Counted from the first letter of the stretch, positions 31,158 to 42,524 are shown. The stretch is 64,000 nucleotides of DNA from an uncultured Chloroflexia bacterium (GCA_963773745.1 CAVZCL010000010.1:96760-160759), one strand, 5' to 3'. Made by a program: numbers and translations. Notes: generated by a model not told the origin, from the sequence alone.

Positions 31158-31645
31158 TTGAGCTCTACCTCCGTCTGCTCGATCGCGTGCTGACGCCCCT
31201 GCTTCTGCTGATTGGCGTGGTGCTGCTGCTGCGCGGCCACGATGCGCCGGGTGGCGGCTTCATTGCCGCGTTGCTTGTCTCGGCGGCCATCGCGCTGCAG
31301 ATTCTGGCCAACGGCGCAAGAATCATGCGCGAGCGCGTGGGCCGTGTGCTTCAGCCCCTCATCGGCGGAGGCATCCTGCTTGCCATTGGCTCGGCCTCGC
31401 TGGGCATGTTCACGGGGCAGGGCTTCTTTCACGCCATCTGGTGGACGATTGAACTCGGGCCGATTTCCTACAAGATTGGCACGCCGGTAACCTTTGATTT
31501 TGGCGTCTTTGCCACAGTCACCGGCGCAACCATCTCCTTCATTTTGGGGCTAGGCACAAACGTTATCGAAACGGTGGATGAGCCAAGGCTGGGCACGCCC
31601 CCTGCGCACCCTCTGCCCCAGCCGGGCCAGGAGGAGACGCCATGA
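31154..31645 (+). CDS. mrpB: Antiporter subunit B (MrpB/MnhB)
   Basis: LLLRGHDAPGGGFIAAL is the MnhB signature. Four TM segments. TTG start overlaps the mrpA stop. Confidence 0.8.
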   Translation: MIELYLRLLDRVLTPLLLLIGVVLLLRGHDAPGGGFIAALLVSAAIALQILANGARIMRERVGRVLQPLIGGGILLAIGSASLGMFTGQGFFHAIWWTIELGPISYKIGTPVTFDFGVFATVTGATISFILGLGTNVIETVDEPRLGTPPAHPLPQPGQEETP

Positions 31646-32178
31646 CAACGATTGTGCTGGGCCTGGTTGTGGCTGTGCTTCTGGCCACAGGCAGCTACAT
31701 GGTCATGCGCCGCGGCCAAATCAAGCTGATTCTGGGGATGGCGCTGCTCGCCCATGGCGTCAACCTGCTGCTCTTTGGATCGGGCGTGCTCCGGCGCGGC
31801 GCAACGCCCATCTTCGCGGACAAGGAGAATTACGCTGCCGAGTTGGCAACGCGCACTTTTGCCGATCCGCTGCCCCAGGCGCTGATCCTCACGGCGATTG
31901 TCATCAGTTTTGGCCTCACGGCCTTCATCGTTGTGCTGGTGAGCCGGCGCGACGCACTGACCGGCAGCGACCTTGTACCTGGCACGCTCGCCCGCTATGT
32001 CAACGCGCAGGATCCCTTCCACTCGACGAATGGCGAGGACATTTCGGCCGCGCTGCTCTCCGATGCATCTGACGATTATGACATTCTCCAGTTTGAGCTG
32101 GATGAATTGTACGACCTGAATGAGCCAATGCCGGCCGATGCCACCGACACCACCGTGGAGTCGCCCGCTCCTGAATAG
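31642..32178 (+). CDS. mrpC: Antiporter subunit C (MrpC/MnhC, NuoK-like) with an acidic C-terminal extension
   Basis: LVVAVLLATGSYMVMRRGQIKLILGMALLAHGVNLL is NuoK-like. About 70 extra Asp/Glu-rich residues at the C-terminus. Confidence 0.8.
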   Translation: MTTIVLGLVVAVLLATGSYMVMRRGQIKLILGMALLAHGVNLLLFGSGVLRRGATPIFADKENYAAELATRTFADPLPQALILTAIVISFGLTAFIVVLVSRRDALTGSDLVPGTLARYVNAQDPFHSTNGEDISAALLSDASDDYDILQFELDELYDLNEPMPADATDTTVESPAPE

Positions 32179-32202
32179 GCAAATCACACAATCGTTCAAT
32201 CT

Positions 32203-32242
32203 GTCCAACTGTCCAACTGTCCATCCGTCCAACCGTCCAACT
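32203..32242. repeat. Tandem octamer repeat (GTCCAACT-like, 5 copies) in the mrpC-mrpD spacer
   Basis: GTCCAACT GTCCAACT GTCCATCC GTCCAACC GTCCAACT. Confidence 0.9.
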
Positions 32243-32268
32243 TTTCATCTCTGGTCCGGAGTCACCTT

Positions 32269-33922
32269 TTGCTGGAGCCGTTGCGCGCACTTCCTTTCTC
32301 ACCCACATGGCTGGCGCTGCCCGTCGCCATTCCGCTGATAGCAGCCGGTCTGCTGCTGGTTTTGTCGCGCCTGGGTTTTGAGCGCCGCTTCTCGCGCCTG
32401 CGCTGGACGGCCGGCGTGGTGGCCGCCGTCAACGTGCTGCTTGCGCTGCGCATTCTGGCCGAGACGACCGCGGGCGATGCGGGCACGCGCATTGTCTATC
32501 AGATGGGGGGCTGGCCTGCTCCCTATGGCATTATCGGTGGTCGCCGACACCTTTACGGCCATCATGCTGCTGACGACGGGCATACTGGTGCTGGCCGCCG
32601 TGCCCTATGCCGCTGGCACTCTGGACGTGCACCGTGAGAGCATGGGCTTCTATCCAATGCTGCTCTTCATGCTCATGGGCGTCAACGGCGCTTTTCTGGC
32701 AGGCGATCTCTTCAATCTCTACGTCTTCTTCGAGGTGCTGCTGACATCGAGCTTTGTGCTCATGACGCTGGGCGGCACGCCGGGCCAGATCAACGGCGGC
32801 ATCCGCTATGTAGTGCTGAACCTGATGGCGTCGCTCATCTTCCTCACGGCGGCAGGCGTGGCCTACGGCACCCTGGGCACGCTCAACATGGCGCACATGG
32901 CGCAGCGGCTGGAGATTGCCCCCGACGAGGTGCGCTTCCTGCTGGCTGGCCTCATGCTGGTGGCCTTTGGCAGCAAGGCGTCGCTCTTTCCGCTCTTCTT
33001 CTGGCTGCCCGCCTCCTACCACACGCCCCACCCTGCCGTGACGGCGCTCTTCGGCGGGATCCTCACCAAGGTGGGTGTCTACACCCTCTTCCGCCTCTTC
33101 CCGCTGCTCTTCCCCGGGCTGCTGGTTGCGTGGCAACCGCTGATCCTGACGATCGCGGGCCTCACCATGGCGATTGGCGTGCTCGGCGCCTTTGCGCAGC
33201 CCACAATCCGCCGCCTGCTCAGCTTTCACATCATCAGCCAGGTGGGTTACATGATGCTGGCGCTGGGCATCGCGCTGAACCCCAGTGCGCCCGTTGCAGG
33301 CTTTGCGCTGGCCGCAGGCATCCTCTTCATTGTGCACAACATGCTCGTCAAGACGGCGCTGCTTATGGGCGGCGGCGTGGCCGAGCTGGAGATGGGCAGC
33401 GGCAATCTGGGCGCGATTGGCGGCCTGGCGGCGCGCCGCCCCTTCCTTGCCGGCGTCTTCTTCGTGGCCGCTTTTTCGCTCGCCGGTATTCCGCCGTCAA
33501 GTGGCTTCGTTGGCAAGCTAAGCCTGCTGCAGGCCAGCATCGGCGTACACCAATACTGGATTGCGGGCATCAGCCTGGCCGTTAGCCTGCTCACCATGAT
33601 GAGCATGATTCGCCTCTGGCAGTATATCTTCTGGGGCGAGTTCTCAAGCGGCCACGCGCAGTGGACACCGCTGCGCAAACCCAATGCCTACTGGCTGACG
33701 GTGGGGCCGATGACCGTGCTTGTGGCGCTGAGCCTGGCGCTGGGCATCTTCTTCCGGCCCGTGCTTCATGTCGCGCAAACGGCTGCGCTGCAGATAATCG
33801 ACCGCGAAGGCTATATTGCCGCCGTCGCGCCCATGGCCGAGGTTCCCGATGAGCCGGGCATTGTGAAGCCGGGTGCCAATGCCAACGCGGGCGCGGCAGC
33901 CGACGGAGAGACACAGCCATGA
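32269..33922 (+). CDS. mrpD: Antiporter subunit D (MrpD/MnhD, NuoN/ND2-like), apparent frameshift at the GG run ~32535
   Basis: The N-terminus ...IVYQMGGWPAPYGI is in the 32269 frame. The continuation VVADTFTAIMLLTTGILVL... is in the 32378..33922 frame. Deleting one G restores GGWPAPYGIIVVADTF. Confidence 0.8.
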
Positions 33923-34422
33923 AAATGTGGCAGAGCTTTGGCATCAATGTGCTGCTGGCCATCACCTGGGGCATGCTCCAGGGGACAACCAGCGCGCTGG
34001 GCTACTTGATCGGCTTCATTTTCTCGTTTCTCGTAACGTGGCTGGTCAGCCCCAGCTATGGTACGCGCAGCCTGCGCGCAATTGCCTTCGTCTTCTACGT
34101 CACCTGGCAGATTATTCTCAGCGCGCTGCGCGTTACGCGCGCAATGCTGGGCCAGCGCGATCGCATTCAGCCGGGCATCGTCGCGATCCCGCTTGAACTC
34201 AACCGCCGTGATGAAGTGCTGATACTGGCGACGGTGATCACGCTGACGCCCGGCACAATTTCGGTGGAGACCGGCACGGATCGCGAGGGGCGCATTGTGC
34301 TCTTTGTGCATGCCCTCGAAATCGGCGACCCTGAAGCGCTCCGCCAATCCATCAAGCAGGATTTCGAGACGCGCATCCTGGGCTTCATGCGCGATGACGA
34401 CGCACAAGCGCAGGCAGCATGA
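33919..34422 (+). CDS. mrpE: Antiporter subunit E (MrpE/MnhE)
   Basis: Position in the operon, N-terminal TM pair, and the VITLTPGTISVE motif typical of MnhE. Confidence 0.8.
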   Translation: MKMWQSFGINVLLAITWGMLQGTTSALGYLIGFIFSFLVTWLVSPSYGTRSLRAIAFVFYVTWQIILSALRVTRAMLGQRDRIQPGIVAIPLELNRRDEVLILATVITLTPGTISVETGTDREGRIVLFVHALEIGDPEALRQSIKQDFETRILGFMRDDDAQAQAA

Positions 34423-34471
34423 TGCAGCGAGTGACTGGACACGGGCGGATTGTGCGGCAGAGAGGTGCAGC

Positions 34472-34756
34472 ATGACTTTCGAGCTCTGGGCCGAAGTGCT
34501 TATGGCGGTGGTGAGCATCTCCATGGTCATCTGCTTTGTGCGTCTATACTTGGGCCCCACCACGCCCGACCGCACAGTGGCTTTCGATCTGATTTCGGTG
34601 CATGCCGTGGGGCTGCTTGTGCTCGCCTCCATGCGCTTTGAAGATGCGGTGCTGCTTGACGCCGCGCTGATTACCGCCATTCTCGGCTTTCTGGGCACTG
34701 TGATGTTCGCGCACTTCATCGAGCAATCGTCCTCGGTCGAAGAGGAGGAGGATTAG
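34472..34756 (+). CDS. mrpF: Antiporter subunit F (MrpF/MnhF)
   Basis: About 94 aa, three TM segments, RLYLGPTTPDRTVAFDL signature. AGAGG precedes ATG 34472. Confidence 0.8.
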   Translation: MTFELWAEVLMAVVSISMVICFVRLYLGPTTPDRTVAFDLISVHAVGLLVLASMRFEDAVLLDAALITAILGFLGTVMFAHFIEQSSSVEEEED

Positions 34757-34759
34757 GCG

Positions 34760-35221
34760 ATGGCGATCATCGACTACGTCGTCCTCATTCTTGCTGCGCT
34801 GGGCGCACTGCTGCTGCTCGTGAGCGCAATCGGCACGGTGCGGCTGCAAGGTGTGCATCAGCGCATGCAGGCGGCCAGCGTGGGCACAGCGCTCGGCATT
34901 ACCCTGCTGCTGCTCAGCGCAGGCATCCACTTCATCGCCTCTGCGGAAATGGGCTTGATGATCCTGCTGATCATCTTCTTTGCCGTCACCAGCCCCATTG
35001 CCACGACGGCCATGGCGCGTGCAACATACCGGCGGCTGCCTCACACTACGCACGAGTACCTCACCTATGACGACATGGCCAACCCGGCGTACACCGCCGA
35101 CTATCGCGCACGCGAGGTGGACGGCCATAACGAGAAGGCCAACGCCGCCGGCGAAACGCACCCGAGCCCCGATCCGCATGCGGCCGCCAAAAACCAGCCA
35201 GCGGAAGCTGCCAAACCCTGA
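34760..35221 (+). CDS. mrpG: Antiporter subunit G (MrpG/MnhG) with a hydrophilic C-terminal tail
   Basis: GTVRLQGVHQRMQAASVGTALG is a MnhG-like start. Three TM segments. Last gene of the operon. Confidence 0.8.
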   Translation: MAIIDYVVLILAALGALLLLVSAIGTVRLQGVHQRMQAASVGTALGITLLLLSAGIHFIASAEMGLMILLIIFFAVTSPIATTAMARATYRRLPHTTHEYLTYDDMANPAYTADYRAREVDGHNEKANAAGETHPSPDPHAAAKNQPAEAAKP

Positions 35222-35232
35222 GGAACGCAAAC

Positions 35233-36399
35233 ATGGCGTACGATTTTGACGAAGTCATCGACAGGCGCAATTCGGACAGCGCGAAGTGGAACTACGTGGC
35301 CGAGGATGTGCTGCCCATGTGGGTGGCCGACATGGACTTCCGCTCCCCGCCTCCCATCATCGAGGCGCTCAAGCGCCGCGCCGAGGAAGGAGTCTTTGGC
35401 TACGCTTCCCACTTCCCGGGGCTCTTTGAGACGATTCGCGCGCGCCTGCAGCGCCTCTACGGCTGGGAGGTTGCGCAGGAGGAGATTGTGCTGCTGCCTG
35501 GTCTGGTTTCGGGACTCAACGTGGTGGCCTCGGCCGTTGGCCAACCTGGTGATGGCGTCCTCGTCAATACGCCGGTCTACGGCCCTTTTCTCAGCGCACC
35601 CGGCAACCAGAAGCGCACGCTGCAATCGGCCCCGCAGAGACTGGTCGCACAGCCGGACGGTACAATTGCCTATGCCGTTGATTTTGACGCGCTCGATGCC
35701 GCTGTTCTGCCGGAGACGCGCCTCGCCTACCTCTGCAGCCCGCACAATCCCACCGGCCGGCTGTGGACGCGCGCCGAACTGGAAGGCTTCGCGGCATTGG
35801 CCGAGCGCCACAACATCGTGCTCTGCTCCGATGAAATCCACTGCGACCTGCTGCTGGATGGCGGCCCGCACATTCCCATCGCCACCCTCTCGCCCGAAAT
35901 CGCGCGCCGCACAATCACCCTCTTTGCGCCCAGCAAGACCTACAACATCCCCGGGCTGGGGGCCAGCCTCGCGATTGTGCAGGACAAGGAACTGCGCAGC
36001 CAGATGGAGCACGCGGCAGGCGGCATTGTGCCCCACCTCAACCTTATGGGCGCACATGCCATGGAGGCGGCCTACGGTGAATGCGACGACTGGCTGGCCG
36101 AATTACTGGTCTACCTGCGCGCAAACCGCGATTTTGCCGTCGAGTACATTCAAACGCACATGCCGCAACTGCGCACTGCGCGGCCAGAGGCGACCTACCT
36201 GCTGTGGATTGACTGCCGCGCGGCCAATTTGCCCAAGGCGCCCGACAAGTTCTTCCTTGAGCAGGCCAAGGTAGCCGTGAATGACGGCGCCTGGTTTGGA
36301 ACAGGCGGAGAGGGCTTTGTGCGCCTCAACTTTGGCTGCCCACGTGCAACGCTGCTTGAAGGGCTGACGCGCATGAAGAACGCGCTGGATGCACTGTAG
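35233..36399 (+). CDS. PatB/MalY-type PLP-dependent C-S lyase (class I/II aminotransferase fold)
   Basis: FDEVIDRRNSDSAKWN, PMWVADMDF and PSKTYNIPGL (PLP-Lys region). Confidence 0.85.
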   Translation: MAYDFDEVIDRRNSDSAKWNYVAEDVLPMWVADMDFRSPPPIIEALKRRAEEGVFGYASHFPGLFETIRARLQRLYGWEVAQEEIVLLPGLVSGLNVVASAVGQPGDGVLVNTPVYGPFLSAPGNQKRTLQSAPQRLVAQPDGTIAYAVDFDALDAAVLPETRLAYLCSPHNPTGRLWTRAELEGFAALAERHNIVLCSDEIHCDLLLDGGPHIPIATLSPEIARRTITLFAPSKTYNIPGLGASLAIVQDKELRSQMEHAAGGIVPHLNLMGAHAMEAAYGECDDWLAELLVYLRANRDFAVEYIQTHMPQLRTARPEATYLLWIDCRAANLPKAPDKFFLEQAKVAVNDGAWFGTGGEGFVRLNFGCPRATLLEGLTRMKNALDAL

Positions 36400-36420
36400 C
36401 GGTCCAGGAAAGCGCTGACA

Positions 36421-36460
36421 ACAAAGGCGAGGCTCCCGCATGCGGGAGCCTCGCCTTTGT
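36421..36460. terminator. Bidirectional terminator hairpin (perfect 40-bp palindrome)
   Basis: ACAAAGGCGAGGCTCCCGCA followed by TGCGGGAGCCTCGCCTTTGT, between the convergent patB-like and gdhA genes. Confidence 0.75.
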
Positions 36461-36462
36461 TA

Positions 36463-37827
36463 TCAATGGCCGACGGGTGGAAGCCCTCGCTGGCGCCGAA
36501 CCGGCCTCGCATGCGAGGTTCGGCGCAGTCGCACGCCTATGCCCAGCCGCGCCTGCATTGCTTCATGGATGCGCTGGACCGCCAACAGGTGCGCCGCAAG
36601 GCGATTGTCGACGCCGCGCCGTGTGGCCTCAAAGTGCATTGCACCAAATGCGCGCGTAATGCGCTGATCCAGTCTCTCGTGGACGGTGGGCTCGTCCCAG
36701 TAGAAATTGGAGGCATTCTGCACCTGCTCAAAGTAGCTCACGGTGACGCCACCCGCATTGCAGAGAATGTCGGGCAACACATAGACCCCGCGCCGGAACA
36801 GAATCTCGTCGGCCTCGGGCGTGGTGGGTCCATTCGCCAATTCGGCAACAATCTGCGCCTGGATGCGCTCGGCATTGCGTTCGGTTATGATGTTCTCCAG
36901 TGCGGAAGGAAAGAGCACACAGACATCCAGTTCGAGCAGATCAGCATTGCTGATCGCTTGCGTGCCGGGGAAATTGATAACAGTGCCTGTGCGCTTCTTG
37001 TGCTGGAATACCTCGTCGTAGTCGAGCCCGTTGGCGCAGTATATGCCACCGCGGCTGTCGCTCACCGCAACAACCTCCATGCCCAGAATGTCAACCGCGA
37101 GTTGATGCGCATAGCTGCCGGCGTTGCCGTATCCCTGAATGGCCGCGCGCTTGCCCCGCAGTTCAATGCCCAGCTCCTTTGCCGCCTCACGCACGGCGTA
37201 GATGCCGCCGCGTGCGGTCGCATCGCCTCGCCCAATGCTGCCGCCCAGGCAGAGCGGCTTGCCGGTGATGACACCGGGCTGGTGCCTGGCAAAAAGCACC
37301 TCATATTCATCCATCATCCACGCCATAATCTGGGGGGTGGTGTAGACATCGGGCGCAGGAATGTCGATCTCGGGGCCGATGTTTTGCGCCACGGCACGAA
37401 TGTAGGCTCGGCTAAGCCGTTCCAGCTCCGGCTCGGAAAGCTGTTTGGGGTCGCAGATGATGCCGCCTTTGGCCCCGCCCAGCGGCAGATCCAGCGTGGC
37501 CGTCTTAAGGGTCATCCACGCCGCAAGGGCGCGCACAGTGTCCACCGTTTCGTCGGGATGGAAGCGGATGCCCCCTTTGCCGGGGCCGCGTGCGTCATTC
37601 CACTGAACGCGGTAGGCCGGGAAGACGGCGATGGAGCCATTGTCCAGTTTGATCGAAAGCTGGAAGTGAAACTCGCGCATGGGTTGCCGCAGCAACTGGC
37701 ACGAAGCGGCCGGCAGGCCCAGCAATGCGGTGGCGCGGTCGATCTGCTGCTGTGCAATCAGCAGTGGGTTTTCGTCAGCGTAGACAGTGGTATCGATTTT
37801 TGTGTTGGGCGAATTGTTTGTGAACAC
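36463..37827 (-). CDS. gdhA: Glutamate dehydrogenase
   Basis: [21 protein letters not shown] and the GYGNAGS dinucleotide fold. The start is assigned to GTG 37827 ([10 protein letters not shown]), preceded by GGAGAG. The upstream part of the track ORF has no start-proximal RBS. Confidence 0.85.
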   Translation of the reverse strand: MFTNNSPNTKIDTTVYADENPLLIAQQQIDRATALLGLPAASCQLLRQPMREFHFQLSIKLDNGSIAVFPAYRVQWNDARGPGKGGIRFHPDETVDTVRALAAWMTLKTATLDLPLGGAKGGIICDPKQLSEPELERLSRAYIRAVAQNIGPEIDIPAPDVYTTPQIMAWMMDEYEVLFARHQPGVITGKPLCLGGSIGRGDATARGGIYAVREAAKELGIELRGKRAAIQGYGNAGSYAHQLAVDILGMEVVAVSDSRGGIYCANGLDYDEVFQHKKRTGTVINFPGTQAISNADLLELDVCVLFPSALENIITERNAERIQAQIVAELANGPTTPEADEILFRRGVYVLPDILCNAGGVTVSYFEQVQNASNFYWDEPTVHERLDQRITRAFGAMHFEATRRGVDNRLAAHLLAVQRIHEAMQARLGIGVRLRRTSHARPVRRQRGLPPVGH

Positions 37828-38085
37828 GAGTTGCTCTCCGTTGCGTAAATGTGGCAAGTATCTTGGCAGCACGCGGCGCTTGCTCAACAAGGGCGAGTGG
37901 CAAGCAAGCAGCGAGGCCGCTCCATGTATTCGCCTGCATGTGAGGCGAAAAAACGGGCGGCCAGGGATGATCATCCCTGGCCGCCCAACACTGGACGCAA
38001 GTCTGTTTTCGTCAATTGTGAAATTATACACGATGTGCGCAATTTTAGCAAAGTCGACTTTTGCGTAAGGTCAAATTGCGCGGCC

Positions 38086-38232
38086 GTAGGTCACGTCTCC
38101 TGGCGTGACGCTGTTGTAACCTTGCCGTGCGCAGTACGATGTCACTTGCGTTCGCGCGCGATGACTGCGCGCCATAAAGCGTCACGTCTCCCGACGTGAC
38201 CTGCAGTCGTCACGCCGGGAGACGTGACCTGC
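38086..38232. repeat. GTAGGTCACGTCTCC..GGCGTGAC-type REP units in inverted orientation
   Basis: GTAGGTCACGTCTCCTGGCGTGAC (38086-) ... GCGTCACGTCTCCCGACGTGACCTGCAGTCGTCACGCCGGGAGACGTGACCTGC. Confidence 0.8.
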
Positions 38233-38350
38233 AATCCCCCTTTCACCGGCGCACGCGTCGTGATATACTTGTGCCAACACGCACACCCCGTGCGCCATAC
38301 CGTTCGTTCTCTCCATCGTTCCTGCTGCGCTTGCGCAGAACGCCGCCGCC

Positions 38351-41108
38351 ATGAGCCTCTACGAACGCGTCCCACCCATCGATCTATCCCCTGCCTACAG
38401 CGATCCACCCTACGCGCCCTTTGTCGTGCGCGACTACCTGCGCCTGCTGGGCGATCTCTTCTACTTTCCCCAATCCGTGCGCGATTACGTGCGCAGCTAT
38501 GCGCGCGCCGTGCGCAGCGAAAACAGCCCGCCGCAGACGCGTGCCCTGGCCGCATGGAACAGTTGGCTGCGCGAAAACCCCGTCCAGGTGGATTTCCTGT
38601 TGATGGTGGCGCTGCTTGGCCTGCTGCTCATTCTCGTGCTCATCAACGGCGTGGGGTTGCTGGCCGGCGCCCTGGCCAGAGAGATGCCGCCCCTTGGCGC
38701 CATGGGCTGGGCCATGCTCATCGCCTCGGTCTCGCTGCTCATCATGCTGGCCATTGGCGCCGCGGGCGATGAGGCAGGCGCGTTGGCTTCCTTTGCGCTG
38801 CCAGTGGCGCTCGCTATCGGGCTCGCATGGCTGGCCTGCGCTGCCGCCGTTAGCCTGGGCGTGGTGGATGGCTTCGCGGGAATGGCCTTGATTGCCACAA
38901 CGGCTGCGCTTGCCTTTGGTGTGGCCGCAGCGGCGCTCTTCGCAACGGCCTCCGTGGGGGCCAACAACCTTTGGACCCACGCAGCGCTCGCGGCAATCAT
39001 CGCCACGCTGCTTGCCGTGGCCATTGGCCTCTTTGGCTGGCCCGCCGCAGAGAGCGCGCAGAGCGCCGCCGCCCTGCTCGGCCGCCTGCTGGCGCTGGGG
39101 CTGCTGGCCGCCGTGGGATATCTTGTGGGCGCGCTCCGGCTGGACGACTATCTGCTGCACGCACGCTACCCGGGCACAGCGCCAGCACCCGCCGACTGGC
39201 TGGCAATTGCGCGCGTCACACCACTGCCCCTGCCCTACCTGCATGAGCACATGACCGCCTGGCTCGATTTCGAATGGCAGCAGGGCATGGACAACTGTGT
39301 CTCGCTCTGGTGGTTCACCGGCCAGCAGGCCGCCGTGCGCAGTGCCATGCACGAGATTCTGCGCGGCGACCACCCCGCGCCTGCCGTACCGGATGCGTCC
39401 ATCAAGCTCGACGCACAGGCCGCGCGCCAGGCGGAGCGCACGCTTGCCATGGTGGCGCACGCCGCCGACTTCCCCCAGCGCTACCCGTGGGGCATGATCA
39501 GCTATGCGCCCACCACCCCGCGTGATCTGCTCAACGCATCCCTTGCGGCCATGCCGCGGCAAGAGCGTCGACGACGCCTCCCCGTCGGTGCAGCGTCGCC
39601 TCAAGCGACAGCGGCTGCGCCAGGGCGCTGCGCCACGCCGCCTTGCGCACCCCTTGCCCACCGACGCACCCGAAAAAGCGCTGGCCGCGGCCTTCTGGAA
39701 TCTTGACCACGGCTATCTGGGTGATGCACTGGCAGCCTTCCGCAAGGCGCAGTCCTCAGCACAGACAAACGAGATGATCGCCCTCGTTCAGACGCTGCAC
39801 AACCTGGGCAGCAGCGAGAACCTGCTGGCAAACGCCCAAATCGAATTGCCACAACCACCCTTCAAACCCTTCCGCCCGGCGGCCTGGCAGGCGCTGGAGG
39901 GCGTGCGCAGGGTGGTGCGTTTTGCCGGCCTGGCGCGCGCGGCCGTTACGCCGGCGCGCCGCACCATGGCCACCGAAGAGACGCTGGATGCACTCGAATC
40001 ACTCCGCAACCCCGCCCCGCCCCTTACGGCCGAGGTGCGCTACATCCAGCAACTGGCCGAGTTGTGGGCCGCCGATTTCGCTGCGTGGATTGAGAGTGCG
40101 CCGCCGCCCGAGCCGCAGGGGGCTGTGGCCAACCCCTTCCTCTTTGCCGAACCGCTGCGCACGGGCCGCATGTTTGTGGGGCGCAGGCGCGAGCTGGACG
40201 CGCTGGCCCAAGCGTGGCACGGGGGCAACCTTCAGCCCGTTCTCCTCCACGGCCCCCACCTCATGGGCAAGACATCGCTCCTCTTCGCCGCCGAGCGTGC
40301 CATCCCCTCAGTGGAGCTGGCCTGGTTCCACCTGGCCCACACCGACCGCAAGCGCATGGCGTTGCCTCAGGTGCTGGCTGCAATTGAGGAGGCCATGCGC
40401 CAGAGCCCGGCCCTCGAACTGACGCACTATGGCTCGGCGAGCACACAGCCCAGCGCCATGGCGGCAGGAAGCGATCTCTATGTGGAAACCGATCGGCTTA
40501 TCCGCCGCTGCTGCTCCTTGCTGCAGCCCGCCAACCTTGTGCTCGTGCTCGACGATTTCGACGCAGCCGCGGCCGCACTCGACAGTGAAGGTGCGCTCAC
40601 GCTCTTCGCCAACTTCATCGCACATCTCTACCAGACCATTCGCAACTTTTCCGTTGCCTTCACTTACGAGCAGCCGCCAGAGACTTCGGAGAAGTCGCCC
40701 CTGCACCGCCTTGCCGGCACGCTACGTACGATTGCGCTGCCGCCGCTGAGCCCGGCCGACGTGGAGCGCCTGCTGCGGCCACCTGGCTTTCCCCTCTACT
40801 TTGATGACAGCGCCGTGGCGCGCGTCTTCGAGGTATCAGGCGGGAAGCCCTACCTTGTGCAACTGCTGGGCCATGCTGTTGTGGAGCAGTTCAACCGCGC
40901 CGCGGCGCAGCGACAGGGAGATTCATACCTTTGCGCGCAGGATGTTGAGACAGCCATCGAGGATGCGAGCTTTGCCGAGCGGGCCAACGGGCAGCTGGCG
41001 CAGGAGGCGGCGCACCTTGTGAGCGCACAGCCCTCCCTCCCTGAGGACCTGGGACGCAAACGGCTGGAGAGCGAGCTGCAGGAGATTATGCAGACAAAGG
41101 GCGCGTAA
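38351..41108 (+). CDS. Polytopic membrane domain joined to an ATPase_2/AAA_16 (STAND-like) NTPase; apparent frameshift ~39561
   Basis: 38351..~39560 encodes 6-7 Ala/Leu/Gly-rich TM helices. The 39504..41108 frame encodes FVGRRRELDALAQAWHGGNLQPVLLHGPHLMGKTSLL (Walker A), LVLVLDDFD (Walker B) and VSGGKPYLVQLLGHAVV (the GG-x-P-y-l-x-x-lg motif of ATPase_2). The ORF tails in the 200-nt overlap look out of frame, and deleting one A at 39561-2 joins them. Confidence 0.6.
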
Positions 41109-41134
41109 CGTGGAGGCGCAACAGGTGGATAACC

Positions 41135-41261
41135 GTAGCGGAGGGCTTCCAGCCCTCCGTTTTGTATGACAGGCCGCGCATTTGTCGGCCACGTCTCCAG
41201 CGTGACGCAGTTTTTGCCACAATCAGGAGGCGCATAATCGAGGGCTGGAAGCCCCCGCTAC
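41135..41261. repeat. REPIN-like element, degenerate member of the 4517-4654 family
   Basis: GTAGCGGAGGGCTTCCAGCCCTCCG ... CCACGTCTCCAGCGTGAC ... CGAGGGCTGGAAGCCCCCGCTAC. Confidence 0.8.
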
Positions 41262-41276
41262 GAAGTCTTCACGCTA

Positions 41277-42524
41277 TCAATCCGCCGGAGCGCAGGCCAT
41301 CGCCCCTTCTTCGCGCATGCGCGAAGCACGTACAACCACAATTGCCACCACTGCCAGCAGCGCATAGACGGCGGCCGCGCCCGCAAAGACACCGCGAAAG
41401 CCGGCGCTGGCGACAATTGCCGCTGCAATCAGCGGCGCCACCGTGCGCGCCGAAGCCTGCACGCTGTTCTCCAACCCGTAGGTCGCCCCCTGGCTCCCCT
41501 GCGGCGACCAGAGATTCATGAGCGCGGCCGTCGCAGGCACGAGGCCGCCGGTGGCAATGCCGGCCAAGGCCTGAAACGCGACCAACTGCTGTGGCGATGT
41601 CACGAAGATTTGCGGAATCTGCAGGACGACGGCGGCAATGGCCGAGCCAATCAACACATAGTTGTGGCCATAACGATCACCCACGCGCCCGAGAAAGACT
41701 GCGCTGATCGCACTGGTGAAGGCGGCTGCGCCAATCGCAAGCCCCGTGAGCGTCGCCGCGCCTCTCTCAATGTTGCCGTTGAGGCTGAGCACAAAGAGCG
41801 CGAGGACTGGCACAACAAGCGTCGCACCCAGGCTGCGCAGAAAGGTGAGCCCATAGAGGCCGGCCATACCGGGCGCACGCACAATGTGGCTGTACCCCTC
41901 CCAAAAACCCTCGCGATCTGCCCGCTCGACAGGCGTAAACTCCTCCTGCACCAGAAAGACCACGGCCAGCCCCGCCAGCCCCAGCAGCGCGCCGGTAATA
42001 AAGAAGCTCTCGCGAAAGCCGAAGGTCTCGCCCAGCAGCCCGCCGATGATGGGGCCGCCCGCCACGCCCACCCAGCGCGCCATGTTGGTTGTGCCCAGCG
42101 CCGTGCCAATGTACGCGCGCGGCGTCGAGGAGGCCACCAGCGCATTGGTGGCGGCAATCACACCCGTGACGGCTCCTTGCAGCGCACGCAGGAGCACCAG
42201 TTGCTCGGCGCTTTGCGCCATGCCCATGGCCGCCATAATGATGGCACCGCCAATGGTGGCGCGCGCCAACATCAGCTTGCGCCCGCGTCTATCCGCCACG
42301 GCCCCCCAAATGGGCGCGGCGATCATCATCGTCACCGCCTGCGCAGAGAAGACCATGCCCGCCCAGAAGGCTACCGAGCCGCGCGTGGCAATGCCCAGTT
42401 CGCGCACGTAGAGTGGCAAAAAGGGATAGACGAGGCTGAAACCTGCCGTGGAGAGAAACTGCACAATCGTTAGAACGACGAGGTTGCGCTTCCAGTTGAT
42501 TTGCGTGGTCTGCTGCGCCTGCAT
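41277..42524 (-). CDS. MFS transporter
   Basis: About 12 TM segments and MFS motif [11 protein letters not shown]. The start is taken at ATG 42524 (MQAQQTT). Confidence 0.85.
   Translation of the reverse strand: MQAQQTTQINWKRNLVVLTIVQFLSTAGFSLVYPFLPLYVRELGIATRGSVAFWAGMVFSAQAVTMMIAAPIWGAVADRRGRKLMLARATIGGAIIMAAMGMAQSAEQLVLLRALQGAVTGVIAATNALVASSTPRAYIGTALGTTNMARWVGVAGGPIIGGLLGETFGFRESFFITGALLGLAGLAVVFLVQEEFTPVERADREGFWEGYSHIVRAPGMAGLYGLTFLRSLGATLVVPVLALFVLSLNGNIERGAATLTGLAIGAAAFTSAISAVFLGRVGDRYGHNYVLIGSAIAAVVLQIPQIFVTSPQQLVAFQALAGIATGGLVPATAALMNLWSPQGSQGATYGLENSVQASARTVAPLIAAAIVASAGFRGVFAGAAAVYALLAVVAIVVVRASRMREEGAMACAPAD

Noticed and set aside
38351-39706. Treating 38351..39706 and 39504..41108 as two overlapping independent genes.
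   Set aside because: A 200-nt out-of-frame overlap is implausible. The tail of the first ORF and the head of the second are Arg/Pro-rich nonsense typical of off-frame translation. A single-base correction joins them.
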